Source: Thermoplasmatales archaeon (GTDB taxonomy: Archaea > Thermoplasmatota > Thermoplasmata > Thermoplasmatales > Thermoplasmataceae). Taken from it: a DNA stretch of 64,000 bases. Numbering within the stretch: position 1 is the stretch's first letter; the number at the start of each line of letters is the position of its first letter. The stretch spans positions 244,228 through 308,227 of the forward strand of contig DAIDBH010000018.1 in assembly GCA_027310185.1 (NCBI GenBank). Reading direction: 5' to 3'. Positions 19,049-28,947 of this stretch are shown here, piece by piece. The notes below the pieces were generated by a model, which saw only the letters and a list, made by a program, of their open reading frames with translations, was not told the origin of the DNA and searched no databases. The position numbers and the translations under genes are program-made.

Positions 19049-19444
19049 TATGAATTCCGGTTAATGGGGGCAATCGACTGGCCAGATAATTTAGAAACAA
19101 AACATCATTCTACAGGAAGAAGGCTCTAGATGGGAGGAATTAAAGCTAATAGCTGAGAAAATGTAGAATTGGTTTTTCAATACTGTAACCTCTGGAATGA
19201 AATAAACTCCCTAATTCGGTTCCTGTAGTATTTTTGGAAACTATGTTCGTTCGAGACGCACCGGACATCGAAAATATGACAATGCAATGGATCAAATATC
19301 AACCTTTGCCATTCTGGATTATATATAAGTAATAACCTGGATTTTGAAGGATGTTCATTGAATCCTGTAATTCATTAAAAAGTGATGAAAGAGGTAAATA
19401 AAATATTAAGTTAAGACGATTAAACAAAATTTATGTTTATAACT

Positions 19445-19549
19445 TTAATCGAAGGCGCATCCACACTGTATTGCTTCTATTTCGCTTTGGTGTCTTGTTC
19501 CGCACTGGTGGCATTCATAGGGTCCTTTTCCGGTTTCCATACTTATCAT
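19445..19549 (-). CDS. 34-aa putative zinc-finger microprotein, not in ORF track
   Basis: Hand translation MISMETGKGPYECHQCGTRHQSEIEAIQCGCAFD (CxxC...CxC); BRE/TATA-like CAAAGTTTAAAT about 25-30 nt upstream of the ATG. Confidence 0.65.
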   Translation of the reverse strand: MISMETGKGPYECHQCGTRHQSEIEAIQCGCAFD

Positions 19550-19821
19550 AAAATTAAGTAAAGTTTTAAGCATTTAAACTTTGGCACTCCATAATTCGTC
19601 ATCTGACTGACATGTTTTGCAATTGCATATGTATTAAATCACATTATAGTCCCTGGTATTAATGTGCAATCCAACTGAAAATATTTCATATCTGTATAGT
19701 TCCAATGAAAATTAATTTATGATATAACTGATTTGAAAAAATCCCAAATTTATGTATAATAAGTGAACAATTTTCAGGAAAATACTAGTTTTTAAATTAA
19801 TAATTAAGGAAAGATATGTTT

Positions 19822-20664
19822 TCACTTTCCTGTGTCACTTGGGGCATCCATGTTATTCCTCTGTTGTTGTATCTTTGCAAACTCGCTTATTCCAAAGTTA
19901 CTCACACCGGCTGTAAGCGTATTTGCAGGAATCATCATCAAGGTACCCTTTCCTTCCAGTCCGATTTCATAAAGTATGTTCATCCATCTTAACTGAAGAG
20001 CTCCTGGATTATCCACATACATCTTGGATGCTTCTACCATCTTGCTTGCTGCTTCTACTTCTGCTAGGGCCAGAGTAACTCTGGACCTTCTTTCCCTCTC
20101 TGCTGAAGCCTGTCTTGACATTGCCTCCTGAAGTGATTGAGGAACAACAACATCCCTGATTTCTACCGAGGAAACCTTGATCCCCCAGTGCTCGGTTTTC
20201 TCATCTATAATAGCCCTTGCACCTTCACCGACCTTTTCTCTTTCTGAAAGAATCTCGTCGAAGGAGTATTTACCTATAACTTCTCTGAGGGTTGTCTGAG
20301 CTGATAGACTCGTTGCATTTGCAAAATTTTCTATGTTAAGAACAGCCTTCTGTGGATCTATGGCTTGGTAATACATTATTGCATCACAGTTAACCGGTAC
20401 ATTATCGTTCGTGAATGTTGAGTCAGTCTTAAATGCAACTGCCTGTATTCTCAAACTTATGATAACTGGTATCTTGCTGATGAAAGGAGTTACATAAATA
20501 ATTCCAGGTCCCTTAATTCCGGAAAACCTTCCCAGTGTTAACACCGGTGCCCTCTCCCACTCTCTTAATATGTGCAATCCAGATAGGATTATAAGCACTA
20601 TTACTATCACAATAAATATCAAAAAATATTCTATAGCACTCATCAGGATATATATGCCTATCAT
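19822..20664 (-). CDS. SPFH/band-7 (stomatin-like) membrane protein
   Basis: N-terminal TM; GPGI, T-DNVPV-DA, AQTTLREVIG, WGIKV-SVEIRD and A-QLR motifs. Confidence 0.93.
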   Translation of the reverse strand: MIGIYILMSAIEYFLIFIVIVIVLIILSGLHILREWERAPVLTLGRFSGIKGPGIIYVTPFISKIPVIISLRIQAVAFKTDSTFTNDNVPVNCDAIMYYQAIDPQKAVLNIENFANATSLSAQTTLREVIGKYSFDEILSEREKVGEGARAIIDEKTEHWGIKVSSVEIRDVVVPQSLQEAMSRQASAERERRSRVTLALAEVEAASKMVEASKMYVDNPGALQLRWMNILYEIGLEGKGTLMMIPANTLTAGVSNFGISEFAKIQQQRNNMDAPSDTGK

Positions 20665-21104
20665 ACTAATTAATTGTTTCTAAATTAATTTGGGTACATT
20701 TTACATTTATGCGGTAGCATGTAGGTAGCAACTCAATAGTTTTTAAAATAGTTTATTTTGCTAAACTTTAATTTTGAAACTTATTAAAATTTTTCAGGAG
20801 GTGTTTTTGTAGACTTAATCATAAAGGGAGTTAAAAATAGGTAACCAGTATTATTCTCAGTAAGGCAAAAAATTTTAAAAATCAATAAGGTTCAGAATTG
20901 TCATGTTTTTTTGAAAAATGAGAAGATGTTAATGACAATGTCATGATAAAACTATTTTGCATACAGGTATTATTAATCAATAATAGGAACAGAGAAGCGG
21001 AAGAAGAACTTATCTCTTAATTCGGCTTCCAGGATGCGACAGCAATAAGATCATTGAAAAATGAAAATTGTTTTAGGAGAGAAGAAAATAAAGAAAAGGG
21101 ATTC

Positions 21105-21707
21105 ATGGAGATGCACAAGGTCGGTTCAAAGATCAGGAGTGGAGATTTCATTCATATAGCATTGAATACAAATGAACGGTATTTCAGATATGCATTCAGC
21201 AAGATGGAATACATATTAGCCTATGAATATCTTGAGGAGCTGATGGAACGACTTTCTGTACATTCATACAGGATAAGCGTTCCAAAAAATATCTATCGTG
21301 GTGAAGACAGGAATTTCAAGGAATATATCAATGAAAGAAGAAACATTTTCAGGGAGCGACCTCTTAATGACATGGAAGAAAGTTTCATCGATCGATTCAG
21401 GCATTTTGAATTAGAGAAATACCCGGAAATTGAATCGGATCAAATGTCAATATGGAATCAGGAAAGTATTATGGAAATTATTAAGAAAGAAAAAAAGAAC
21501 CACATATTGATAACAGGTTTTGATACTGATAACGAGATTTTTATAAACGCACTGAATGCCAGTGACATGGGGTTTGTACCTGTAATACTGTCAGATGGAG
21601 TGTCAGCACCATCAGAGAGAAACCATTTCAATGCTCTTGAATTAATGAGCAGGTTCACATATATGGTTGACAGCAGGGATATAATGCTCATGGCTGGTGA
21701 TCTTTAA
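21105..21707 (+). CDS. Isochorismatase/cysteine-hydrolase-fold protein lacking the catalytic Cys
   Basis: ILITGFDTDNEI--NA--A-D-GF---ILSDGVS...H--ALE-M matches the family C-terminal half. Start uncertain (21054-21111). Confidence 0.65.
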   Translation: MEMHKVGSKIRSGDFIHIALNTNERYFRYAFSKMEYILAYEYLEELMERLSVHSYRISVPKNIYRGEDRNFKEYINERRNIFRERPLNDMEESFIDRFRHFELEKYPEIESDQMSIWNQESIMEIIKKEKKNHILITGFDTDNEIFINALNASDMGFVPVILSDGVSAPSERNHFNALELMSRFTYMVDSRDIMLMAGDL

Positions 21708-21708
21708 T

Positions 21709-22314
21709 ATGAATAAAGTGCCCATTATACTCATAGGGGGTATACCTGGGGTCGGAAAAACCAGTATATCTGGATACATTGCAAGGCAAATGAACATTAA
21801 TATAGTGATGTCAGGAGATTACATAAGGGAAATAATAAGGCCATTTGTCCCAGAAGATGACATACTCCAGTATTCTGTTTATGATTCATGGAAGAAATAT
21901 GGTGAAAACACAGAATTAAATGTAACAAAAGGATTCCTAAATCAGGGGAAATTGATAAACAGGGCAACATCTTCTTCCATAAAGAGGGCAATAAAAAATG
22001 GAGAGCCCATGATTATTGAAACCCTTTATTTCATTCCCGATCAGATCAGGGATGTGATTGGTGAAATAACCAGCCTTTACATTCACATCTCTGATTATGA
22101 CACTCACGTCAAACGACTTAATGAAAGGGAAAAATACACGCACTTTGGATCACCTGGAAAAAGACTGTCCTCAAACCTGCAAAACTACAGAATTGTAATG
22201 AATGAATCAATGAGACAGTGTGAGAAATATAAGATCAGACTTTTTGACAATTTGGATTATGTCAGAACAAGGGGGCAAATTCTTGAATATGTTTCATCAA
22301 AAAATATGGAGTAA
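21709..22314 (+). CDS. 2-phosphoglycerate-kinase-like P-loop kinase, probably mevalonate-3-phosphate 5-kinase
   Basis: IILIGGIPGVGKTS, SGDYIRE--RP, SVYDSW and IIETLYF. This family supplies that step in Thermoplasma (recalled, not searched). Confidence 0.7.
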   Translation: MNKVPIILIGGIPGVGKTSISGYIARQMNINIVMSGDYIREIIRPFVPEDDILQYSVYDSWKKYGENTELNVTKGFLNQGKLINRATSSSIKRAIKNGEPMIIETLYFIPDQIRDVIGEITSLYIHISDYDTHVKRLNEREKYTHFGSPGKRLSSNLQNYRIVMNESMRQCEKYKIRLFDNLDYVRTRGQILEYVSSKNME

Positions 22315-22421
22315 ATTGGGCAACAACCATTAACAACGTAGATGCTGATCCTTATTTTCCTCATCAGTAATGATTGGTCTGTTTTGCAAAATTAATTTAT
22401 GCTTTAATCACATTGTAAACT

Positions 22422-23747
22422 ATGTCAATTGAAACAGTTAATCCATATTCAATGAGCAAGCTTGGAAAATATGAAGAAGACGATGAAGAGACGGTGAAGA
22501 AAACTTTTGAAAGCGTGAATAGGGAACAGGAAACCTGGAAAAAAAGTATTGATGACAGAATTCAGTTCCTGAAAAATGAAGTAATTCCAAGATTCAGGAA
22601 GGAAAAAGAAAGCCTTGCAAGAATAATGTCATCTGAAATGGGTAAACCAATTACACAGAGCAGGGCAGAAATAGACAAGTGTATCATGATGACAGAATAT
22701 TTCTGCAAAGAAGGGAAGAACTTTCTCTCAGATAATGTGATTGAAACTGAGGCAAGCAGAAGTTTTGTTAGGTTTGAACCACTGGGAACGATCTTCCTGG
22801 TTATGCCGTGGAACTTTCCCTTATGGCAGGCTATGAGGGCCGCTATTCCCGCTATGGTAGCTGGAAATGGCATTGTATTGAAGCATGCTTCCATAGTAAC
22901 GGGAAGTGCCAAAAAGATGGAGGAAATATTTGGTACTCCACTTTTCAGGGTCGTAAAGGTTTCAGGATCAAAGGCACTGGCAGCAATCAAGTACTCTGAT
23001 GGTGTTTCATTCACAGGTTCGGAGATGGCCGGCATGGCAATAGCTTCTGAAGCTGGAAAAAACATAAAGAAATCCGTTCTTGAATTGGGTGGATCTGATC
23101 CATTTGTGGTTCTTGATGATGCAAATCTTGAAGAGACTGCAAGGCAAAGTACATATGCAAGATTGCAGAACAATGGTCAGAGTTGCATAGCTTCAAAGCG
23201 GTTTATTGTAAGCAAGAAGATTTCAGAAAATTTCTATGAACTTATGAGGGAAAATTTTGAGAAGGTAACGCTGGGAGACCAGCTGGATGACAAGACATTC
23301 ATAGGCCCGCTTTCGTCAGCATCACAGGCTGAAACTGTAAGGAAGCAGATAGAACAGTTGAACAGCCTTGGCAAGCTTCAGATGTTTGGTGAACAGCACG
23401 GTAATGTCATCCCTCCTACTATTGTACAGACCGAGGCGAACTATTCAGAAGAGGTCTTTGGACCTGTAGCTATCTTCAAGACATTCGAGACGCTGGAAGA
23501 AGCGGCAAAAATATGCAATGAAACTGGATTCGGACTTGGCGCTTCCATATGGGGCAGTGTTGATCAGGCCGAGAAGGTAATACCACTTATAAGATCTGGA
23601 ATGGTATATGTAAACAAGGTTGTAGCATCTGATCCAAGACTGCCATTTGGAGGAGTAGGAAAGAGTGGATACGGAAGAGAACTGTCCAAATTTGGGATAC
23701 TTGAGTTCACGAACTTTAGGACAGTCTGGATTCAGGAAAAACCGTGA
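22422..23747 (+). CDS. Aldehyde dehydrogenase (succinate-semialdehyde dehydrogenase-like)
   Basis: MPWNFP, LKHA, FTGS, LELGGSDP, GQSCIA, EEVFGP and PFGG-SG-GRE motifs. Confidence 0.93.
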   Translation: MSIETVNPYSMSKLGKYEEDDEETVKKTFESVNREQETWKKSIDDRIQFLKNEVIPRFRKEKESLARIMSSEMGKPITQSRAEIDKCIMMTEYFCKEGKNFLSDNVIETEASRSFVRFEPLGTIFLVMPWNFPLWQAMRAAIPAMVAGNGIVLKHASIVTGSAKKMEEIFGTPLFRVVKVSGSKALAAIKYSDGVSFTGSEMAGMAIASEAGKNIKKSVLELGGSDPFVVLDDANLEETARQSTYARLQNNGQSCIASKRFIVSKKISENFYELMRENFEKVTLGDQLDDKTFIGPLSSASQAETVRKQIEQLNSLGKLQMFGEQHGNVIPPTIVQTEANYSEEVFGPVAIFKTFETLEEAAKICNETGFGLGASIWGSVDQAEKVIPLIRSGMVYVNKVVASDPRLPFGGVGKSGYGRELSKFGILEFTNFRTVWIQEKP

Positions 23748-23818
23748 AGTAATTATCCGGACTTGCTTTTTTACATGTTTTCTCAAAAGTTTTAAACCTT
23801 TCAACACTATGTAATATC

Positions 23819-25396
23819 ATGAAAGGCAGTGATCTTTTTACGAAGGCCCTGTTAAATGAACATGTAGAGCACATATTTGGGTTACCGGGCGAAGAAAATA
23901 TAGACTTACTGGACTCAATTTCGAATACAAACATTGACTTTATAGTTACCAGGCATGAGCAGGGAGCAGCGTTTATGGCAGATGCCTACGCCAGGGTCAG
24001 GAAAACTCCCGGCGTCTGTCTGTCAACCCTAGGCCCTGGGGCAACAAACCTTCTCACTGGTGTTGCCAATGCCCATCTTGACAAGGTGCCCGTTGTAGCC
24101 ATAACGGCACAGGCATCAAGGGACAGGCTCCACAAGGAATCCCATCAGAATGTTGACACCATTGCTCTTTTCTCTGGCATAACTAAATACAACAGGTCTG
24201 TAATAGTACCTGATAGTATACCAGAGATCGTGAGAAAGGCATTCAGCATTTCAATGAAGGAACAGCCAGGGGCATCACACATACAGTTGCCAGAGGATAT
24301 TGGCTCAATGGAGACAGATGAAGTGAGGATGATTCCCATTCCTAATGAGGCCATTTATGAAGCAAATGGTAGCATAGTAAAAAAGGCTGCAAAACTCATC
24401 AATCTAGCAAAGAATCCTATAATCCTTGCCGGAAATGGAGTGGTTCGTTCAAGATCATGGGATATGGTACGGAAATTTGTTGAGGTCTCAGGTATACCAA
24501 TAGTGAGCACCTTCATGGCAAAAGGGATACTTCCATATGACGATCCAAACAATCTCTTCATAGTTGGTGGCAGGCCATTTCCAATCGAACTAAGGCCATT
24601 GATTCATTCAGATCTTGTCATAGCAATTGGTTTTGATATGGTAGAATATGACCCAATAATATGGAATGAGGATTCTTCAAGAAGTGTAATAAATGTCGCC
24701 ACAACAGTGGCAGAAACGGATGAACACTTTCCAGTTGCATTCGATCTTGTTGGCAATATAAATATTACACTGGACCTGTTATTGAGAAACGTTGAAAAGA
24801 GGCCATTAACAAAGGAATTCATGGAAATACGAAGGAGAAGAAAAGAGTTCTTTGAATCTCCGGGAACAGGAAAGGAAATTATACCTAAGTCTGTTATCAA
24901 GGTTCTGTCCCAGAACAACCACGAAAATACTCTTGTAATATCAGATGTTGGGCTGCATAAGGTCTGGATGAGCAGGTATTACCAGCCGAAATTCCCGGAT
25001 CGTACAATCATATACAATGGATTTGCATCAATGGGTGGGTCCCTTCCTGGAAGCATCGGTGCCATCAAGGCCAACCCTGATCTTGATGTGATCGCTGTTA
25101 TGGGGGATGGTGGATTTCTGATGAATGTACAGGAACTGGAAACGGCATACAGGCTAGGTCTTTCATTTACTGCAATTGTTTTCAATGACAGAACATACAG
25201 TCTTATAGAAAAACACCAGGAAGATCATAACCTGAGTCCGAAATATATTCATTTCACAAATCCGGACTTCGATCTTCTGGCAAAAAGTTTTCATTCTGAA
25301 TATTTCTATGCCGATGAAGCAAAAGGATTCGAGGAAGCGCTTAAGGAATCCAGGAGGTCAGAAGGTGTCAAGATCATAGAGGTTAAGATCAACTGA
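23819..25396 (+). CDS. ThDP-dependent acetolactate-synthase-like large subunit
   Basis: IFGLPGEEN, RHEQGAAFMA, TLGPGATN and GDGGFLMN...N ThDP motif. Confidence 0.9.
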   Translation: MKGSDLFTKALLNEHVEHIFGLPGEENIDLLDSISNTNIDFIVTRHEQGAAFMADAYARVRKTPGVCLSTLGPGATNLLTGVANAHLDKVPVVAITAQASRDRLHKESHQNVDTIALFSGITKYNRSVIVPDSIPEIVRKAFSISMKEQPGASHIQLPEDIGSMETDEVRMIPIPNEAIYEANGSIVKKAAKLINLAKNPIILAGNGVVRSRSWDMVRKFVEVSGIPIVSTFMAKGILPYDDPNNLFIVGGRPFPIELRPLIHSDLVIAIGFDMVEYDPIIWNEDSSRSVINVATTVAETDEHFPVAFDLVGNINITLDLLLRNVEKRPLTKEFMEIRRRRKEFFESPGTGKEIIPKSVIKVLSQNNHENTLVISDVGLHKVWMSRYYQPKFPDRTIIYNGFASMGGSLPGSIGAIKANPDLDVIAVMGDGGFLMNVQELETAYRLGLSFTAIVFNDRTYSLIEKHQEDHNLSPKYIHFTNPDFDLLAKSFHSEYFYADEAKGFEEALKESRRSEGVKIIEVKIN

Positions 25397-25664
25397 ACTC
25401 CTCATGAATCTTTTCTACTGAGATTCCAATTAGAAGATATTCCGGGAAACCTGTTATAAATTAAACAGGATTTAGTTCAATGTCGCACATTAAACTATGC
25501 AAAGTCATCATGCTTAAGGTAGATGCTCAATGAGGCAATATTGCATCCAATTTATCCAAACTCAGACTGCAAGTAAAAACTCGAAACATTAAAGAAAAAA
25601 CAGAATTTCTCATAGTTGCATAACATTCCTACAAAAGTGAAAATTAAGGCCTTATTCTATAAAC

Positions 25665-26603
25665 TCATCTCATTCTTATCTTGATCAATCTCCTTATTCT
25701 GTTACCTTTCAGTTTCTGCCTAACGATGCCATACTGGCAGAGCAGTATTGAAATAATTATCAGGAATCCTCCAAAATACTGGAAATCTCCAAGATATTGA
25801 TTCAGGAAGATCGATGAGCCTACAGATGCAGATATTGGTTCCATCGTACCACTCAATGCTGCTGAGGAAGCGCTTATCTTCCTCATTCCATATGAGTACA
25901 AAGTGAAGGCAAGCAGAGTTCCAACTACAGAAACAAAGAGGATCAGAAAGATAGCAAGGGGGATCGCTCCTGGACTCAGGGATTTTGCAAAGTTGAAAAT
26001 TGGTTCAATGCCAGTTGGTATACTCACTAGAGCCGCAAAAAAGAATCCCCAGGAAACTACTGCTATGGAACCGTATTTTCTTACCAGTGGAGATGAGATT
26101 ACTGTATATACAGCTGCACTCAATGCACATATCAATCCTACAATCAATGCTGCAAGCGAGATTCTGAGTGTTGAATCTGGATTAATCGAAACAGTCAGGA
26201 AAACTATTCCTGTCAGTGATAAGATCAATCCCACAAGTAGAGGAAATGAAAATCTTATCCTCCTCATTGTGAGTTCAAAAATCACGACCATCGGAAAATA
26301 TAAGAACTGAAGGAATGTCGCCGTTGGAGCGTTTGAAAGATTAATTGTCTCCAGGTATGACAGTTGAAGAATGAAGGTTGTTGATACATAAAGTGCGAAT
26401 AGTTTTAAATTGCTTCTGGGCAGTTTGGGCCTGAATATTATAAGCATGAGAATACTTGAAATGATCAGACGGATGGAAAGAAGTGCAAAGGGATTCATTC
26501 CAAGCACTTCAAAGAGGGCACTGGAGGCAGTACCTGACAACCCCCATAATGTAGAGCCTGTGATCGAAACCAAGAAGGGCTTTAAAGATCCTTTATCTTC
26601 CAA
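25665..26603 (-). CDS. EamA/DMT-family transporter
   Basis: About 10 TM helices; LWGLSG, AT-LQ---P and EPISA motifs. Confidence 0.9.
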   Translation of the reverse strand: MEDKGSLKPFLVSITGSTLWGLSGTASSALFEVLGMNPFALLSIRLIISSILMLIIFRPKLPRSNLKLFALYVSTTFILQLSYLETINLSNAPTATFLQFLYFPMVVIFELTMRRIRFSFPLLVGLILSLTGIVFLTVSINPDSTLRISLAALIVGLICALSAAVYTVISSPLVRKYGSIAVVSWGFFFAALVSIPTGIEPIFNFAKSLSPGAIPLAIFLILFVSVVGTLLAFTLYSYGMRKISASSAALSGTMEPISASVGSSIFLNQYLGDFQYFGGFLIIISILLCQYGIVRQKLKGNRIRRLIKIRMR

Positions 26604-26748
26604 ATTTACTTCTTGGTTATTTTTTTCTGGAATATAAATCCATTATAAATAGTATGTACTGGAATCCAGCCATAAGAACCACACTGTGCTCTGGCAAATA
26701 ATGGAACTAGAGGATTAATATTATTAACATTCAAATGATAACACAATA

Positions 26749-26913
26749 ATGCCTTCTGGTACAGAAAAGACATGTGGAATATGTGGAAGTAAATTTATTT
26801 GCGGTACAATGGGTGGTTGCTGGTGCACAAATGTAAAGGTAACACCAGGGAAGAAACATTTAATTTCCCGTTTGACAGATGAATGTGTATGTCCAGAATG
26901 TCTGAAAGGTTAG
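26749..26913 (+). CDS. Cysteine-rich CWC-family small protein (54 aa), not in ORF track
   Basis: Hand translation MPSGTEKTCGICGSKFICGTMGGCWCTNVKVTPGKKHLISRLTDECVCPECLKG with CxxC-F-C, CWC and CxCxxCL. Confidence 0.85.
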   Translation: MPSGTEKTCGICGSKFICGTMGGCWCTNVKVTPGKKHLISRLTDECVCPECLKG

Positions 26914-26973
26914 GGCAATTCATATTGCAATGAGAGAAAAATTAATTATACTTTTCTCTATAAATTGCAGGTA

Positions 26974-27540
26974 ATGGACAGAGAAGAACAATTCACCTTA
27001 AAGGCATCCCTTTCTTATGGACTTCCACTTCTTATCATTCCACCAATTTTGCTTGTCATCATATTAGTGTCTAAAAACTTCTATTTTCTTGAATATTTTC
27101 ACGTAATTTCAGGTTCAGCCTGGACAGGAGTGGATCTTGTAATGGGACTGTTCTTTTCTTTCATAATGAGAGGTCTAAATCCTCAGCAGAGAAGTGAAGT
27201 ATCCAAGAGACTGATTCCGGTTATGCTGTTCTTCATGCCAGCAATATCAACAGTTACCATAACTGCTGGTATATACACAGCAATATCGCTGAACATAAGC
27301 TTCTTCAACATCTATTTTGTAATAGTCGCTGTACTGGCAATTGCACTTATGGTACAGGGTCTTTTAATTTTCCTCCCAAACGAGGTCAGAATTTATTTGG
27401 AAATTCTAAGGGGTGGAAAAAACGTGGAAAAAATTGTTAGGCTAACAATGTTCAATCTTAAACTATCCCTTCTTCAGTTGATTTTCCAGATTGTTATTAT
27501 ACTTTTCATGGCAAAATTCGCAACAGGAGGCGCATTATGA
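26974..27540 (+). CDS. Polytopic membrane protein, paralog A (H-x3-G-x2-WTG-D motif)
   Basis: About 5 TM helices; YFHVISGSAWTGVDLVMG; overlaps the next gene at ATGA. Confidence 0.8.
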   Translation: MDREEQFTLKASLSYGLPLLIIPPILLVIILVSKNFYFLEYFHVISGSAWTGVDLVMGLFFSFIMRGLNPQQRSEVSKRLIPVMLFFMPAISTVTITAGIYTAISLNISFFNIYFVIVAVLAIALMVQGLLIFLPNEVRIYLEILRGGKNVEKIVRLTMFNLKLSLLQLIFQIVIILFMAKFATGGAL

Positions 27541-28097
27541 ATATAATTGAGGCACTTAAAAAACAGAGGTTCGCAAGTGGTATGATTATAGTACCATGGG
27601 CTAGCTTCATAATATTCCTCACGAGCGGGAATCTATTGCTACTGGATTATATTCATGTTCTTACTGGAGCAATATGGACAGGTACAGATGTCTTTCTTGG
27701 CCTTATATTCAGTAGAGTGGTCAAAACGCTTGATAACAGGACAAAATACGATATATCGCAGAGAATACTCCCAATGACCCTTTATTTCATACCTTCTGTA
27801 ACAATTTTAACCCCTATGGCAGGGATTTTTTTAGCCATAAAAGAAAACGCATTCAAGGGGCTACCAATTGGGTTTATAGTTTCACTGTTTGTAATAGGAA
27901 TAATCCTTGTTTTAATAAGTTACATATTCATTCTTCCTGCATCATTGAAGCTAAAAAAACTTGAAGAAGAAAAAGAAGAGGAGGAGAAATACTCAAAGTC
28001 TTCGATTCAGCTAAATAAACTGACAATGTATGGCGCTATACAACTATTGTTCCAAATAATTATAATAGGTTTTATGGCTTATTTTGTTGTTCTATAG
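27537..28097 (+). CDS. Polytopic membrane protein, paralog B
   Basis: YIHVLTGAIWTGTDVFLG; shares S-R--P---F-P and Q--FQI-I--FMA motifs with the upstream gene. Confidence 0.8.
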   Translation: MNIIEALKKQRFASGMIIVPWASFIIFLTSGNLLLLDYIHVLTGAIWTGTDVFLGLIFSRVVKTLDNRTKYDISQRILPMTLYFIPSVTILTPMAGIFLAIKENAFKGLPIGFIVSLFVIGIILVLISYIFILPASLKLKKLEEEKEEEEKYSKSSIQLNKLTMYGAIQLLFQIIIIGFMAYFVVL

Positions 28098-28947
28098 ATA
28101 GTATAATAGAGATTAGCACGAACAATTGAATACATAGTGGAAGTTTTTCAAAGCGATAGCATTCAATTTAACCAAAAATTATAGGTGTCAAAGGTAATAA
28201 TATGCATAACCCTGATGTGGTTATAAGGTTAATTCAAGTTAAAAGTGGTTATTATGAAGCGTTTAAACGCAGACTGAATCATCATATACTAAAATTATAT
28301 ACGAGAAAGTTTTACACTTTTTTCTACTAAGTTTATGAACGGAATCTGCAATATAAATAAAGATGTAATAGCAATTGATTCTTTATCCTTACACATTAAG
28401 AATTTTATCAGTGGCTATAATCATTTTCGTTTTCCTTTTCGGCTCATTAAAGGGTTTCTATTATGCAATGAGGTATGTGACTTCAGGTTCATGGTAAAGG
28501 AAATGGGGTCTCAGTTCTTGTGCGATATTAGTTATTGAAGGGATGATCATAATACCATTCTTTTTTGCAACAAATTTTCGGGGGAATACATGAGATCTAG
28601 GAAATTCCATGGTGACTTCATGTCTGCAATTATGAGAGTACCTCCCAAGTGAGTGAAATCTAACTGGAACAAATAAGGAGTAAAAAATTTTCCTCACTTT
28701 CTATATTACTATCTTAAACCATTCAGCTTAAGTTGCTTAATTCGCGAATAAGTAAAAATCAATTACTCTATGGATTTTTGTGTCCAAACACAATAATCGT
28801 CACGAAAATATGGATTGTGGGAAATGAGATTCCTCGAAAATAATCTGGATAAAAGTGTGAAATCTTATCCATTTCAGAATATCAAAAGACCACGTCAACA
28901 ACCAATATTTTCCAAAACACATTTATAAAAAGTTAAAATGACCCCCT

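Noticed and set aside
22562-23173. Long antisense ORFs (this 203-aa one, also 2545-3057, 2873-3460, 10871-11338, 13998-14546, 34415-34969)
   Set aside because: They are shadows of well-supported genes on the opposite strand and contain no recognisable motifs.
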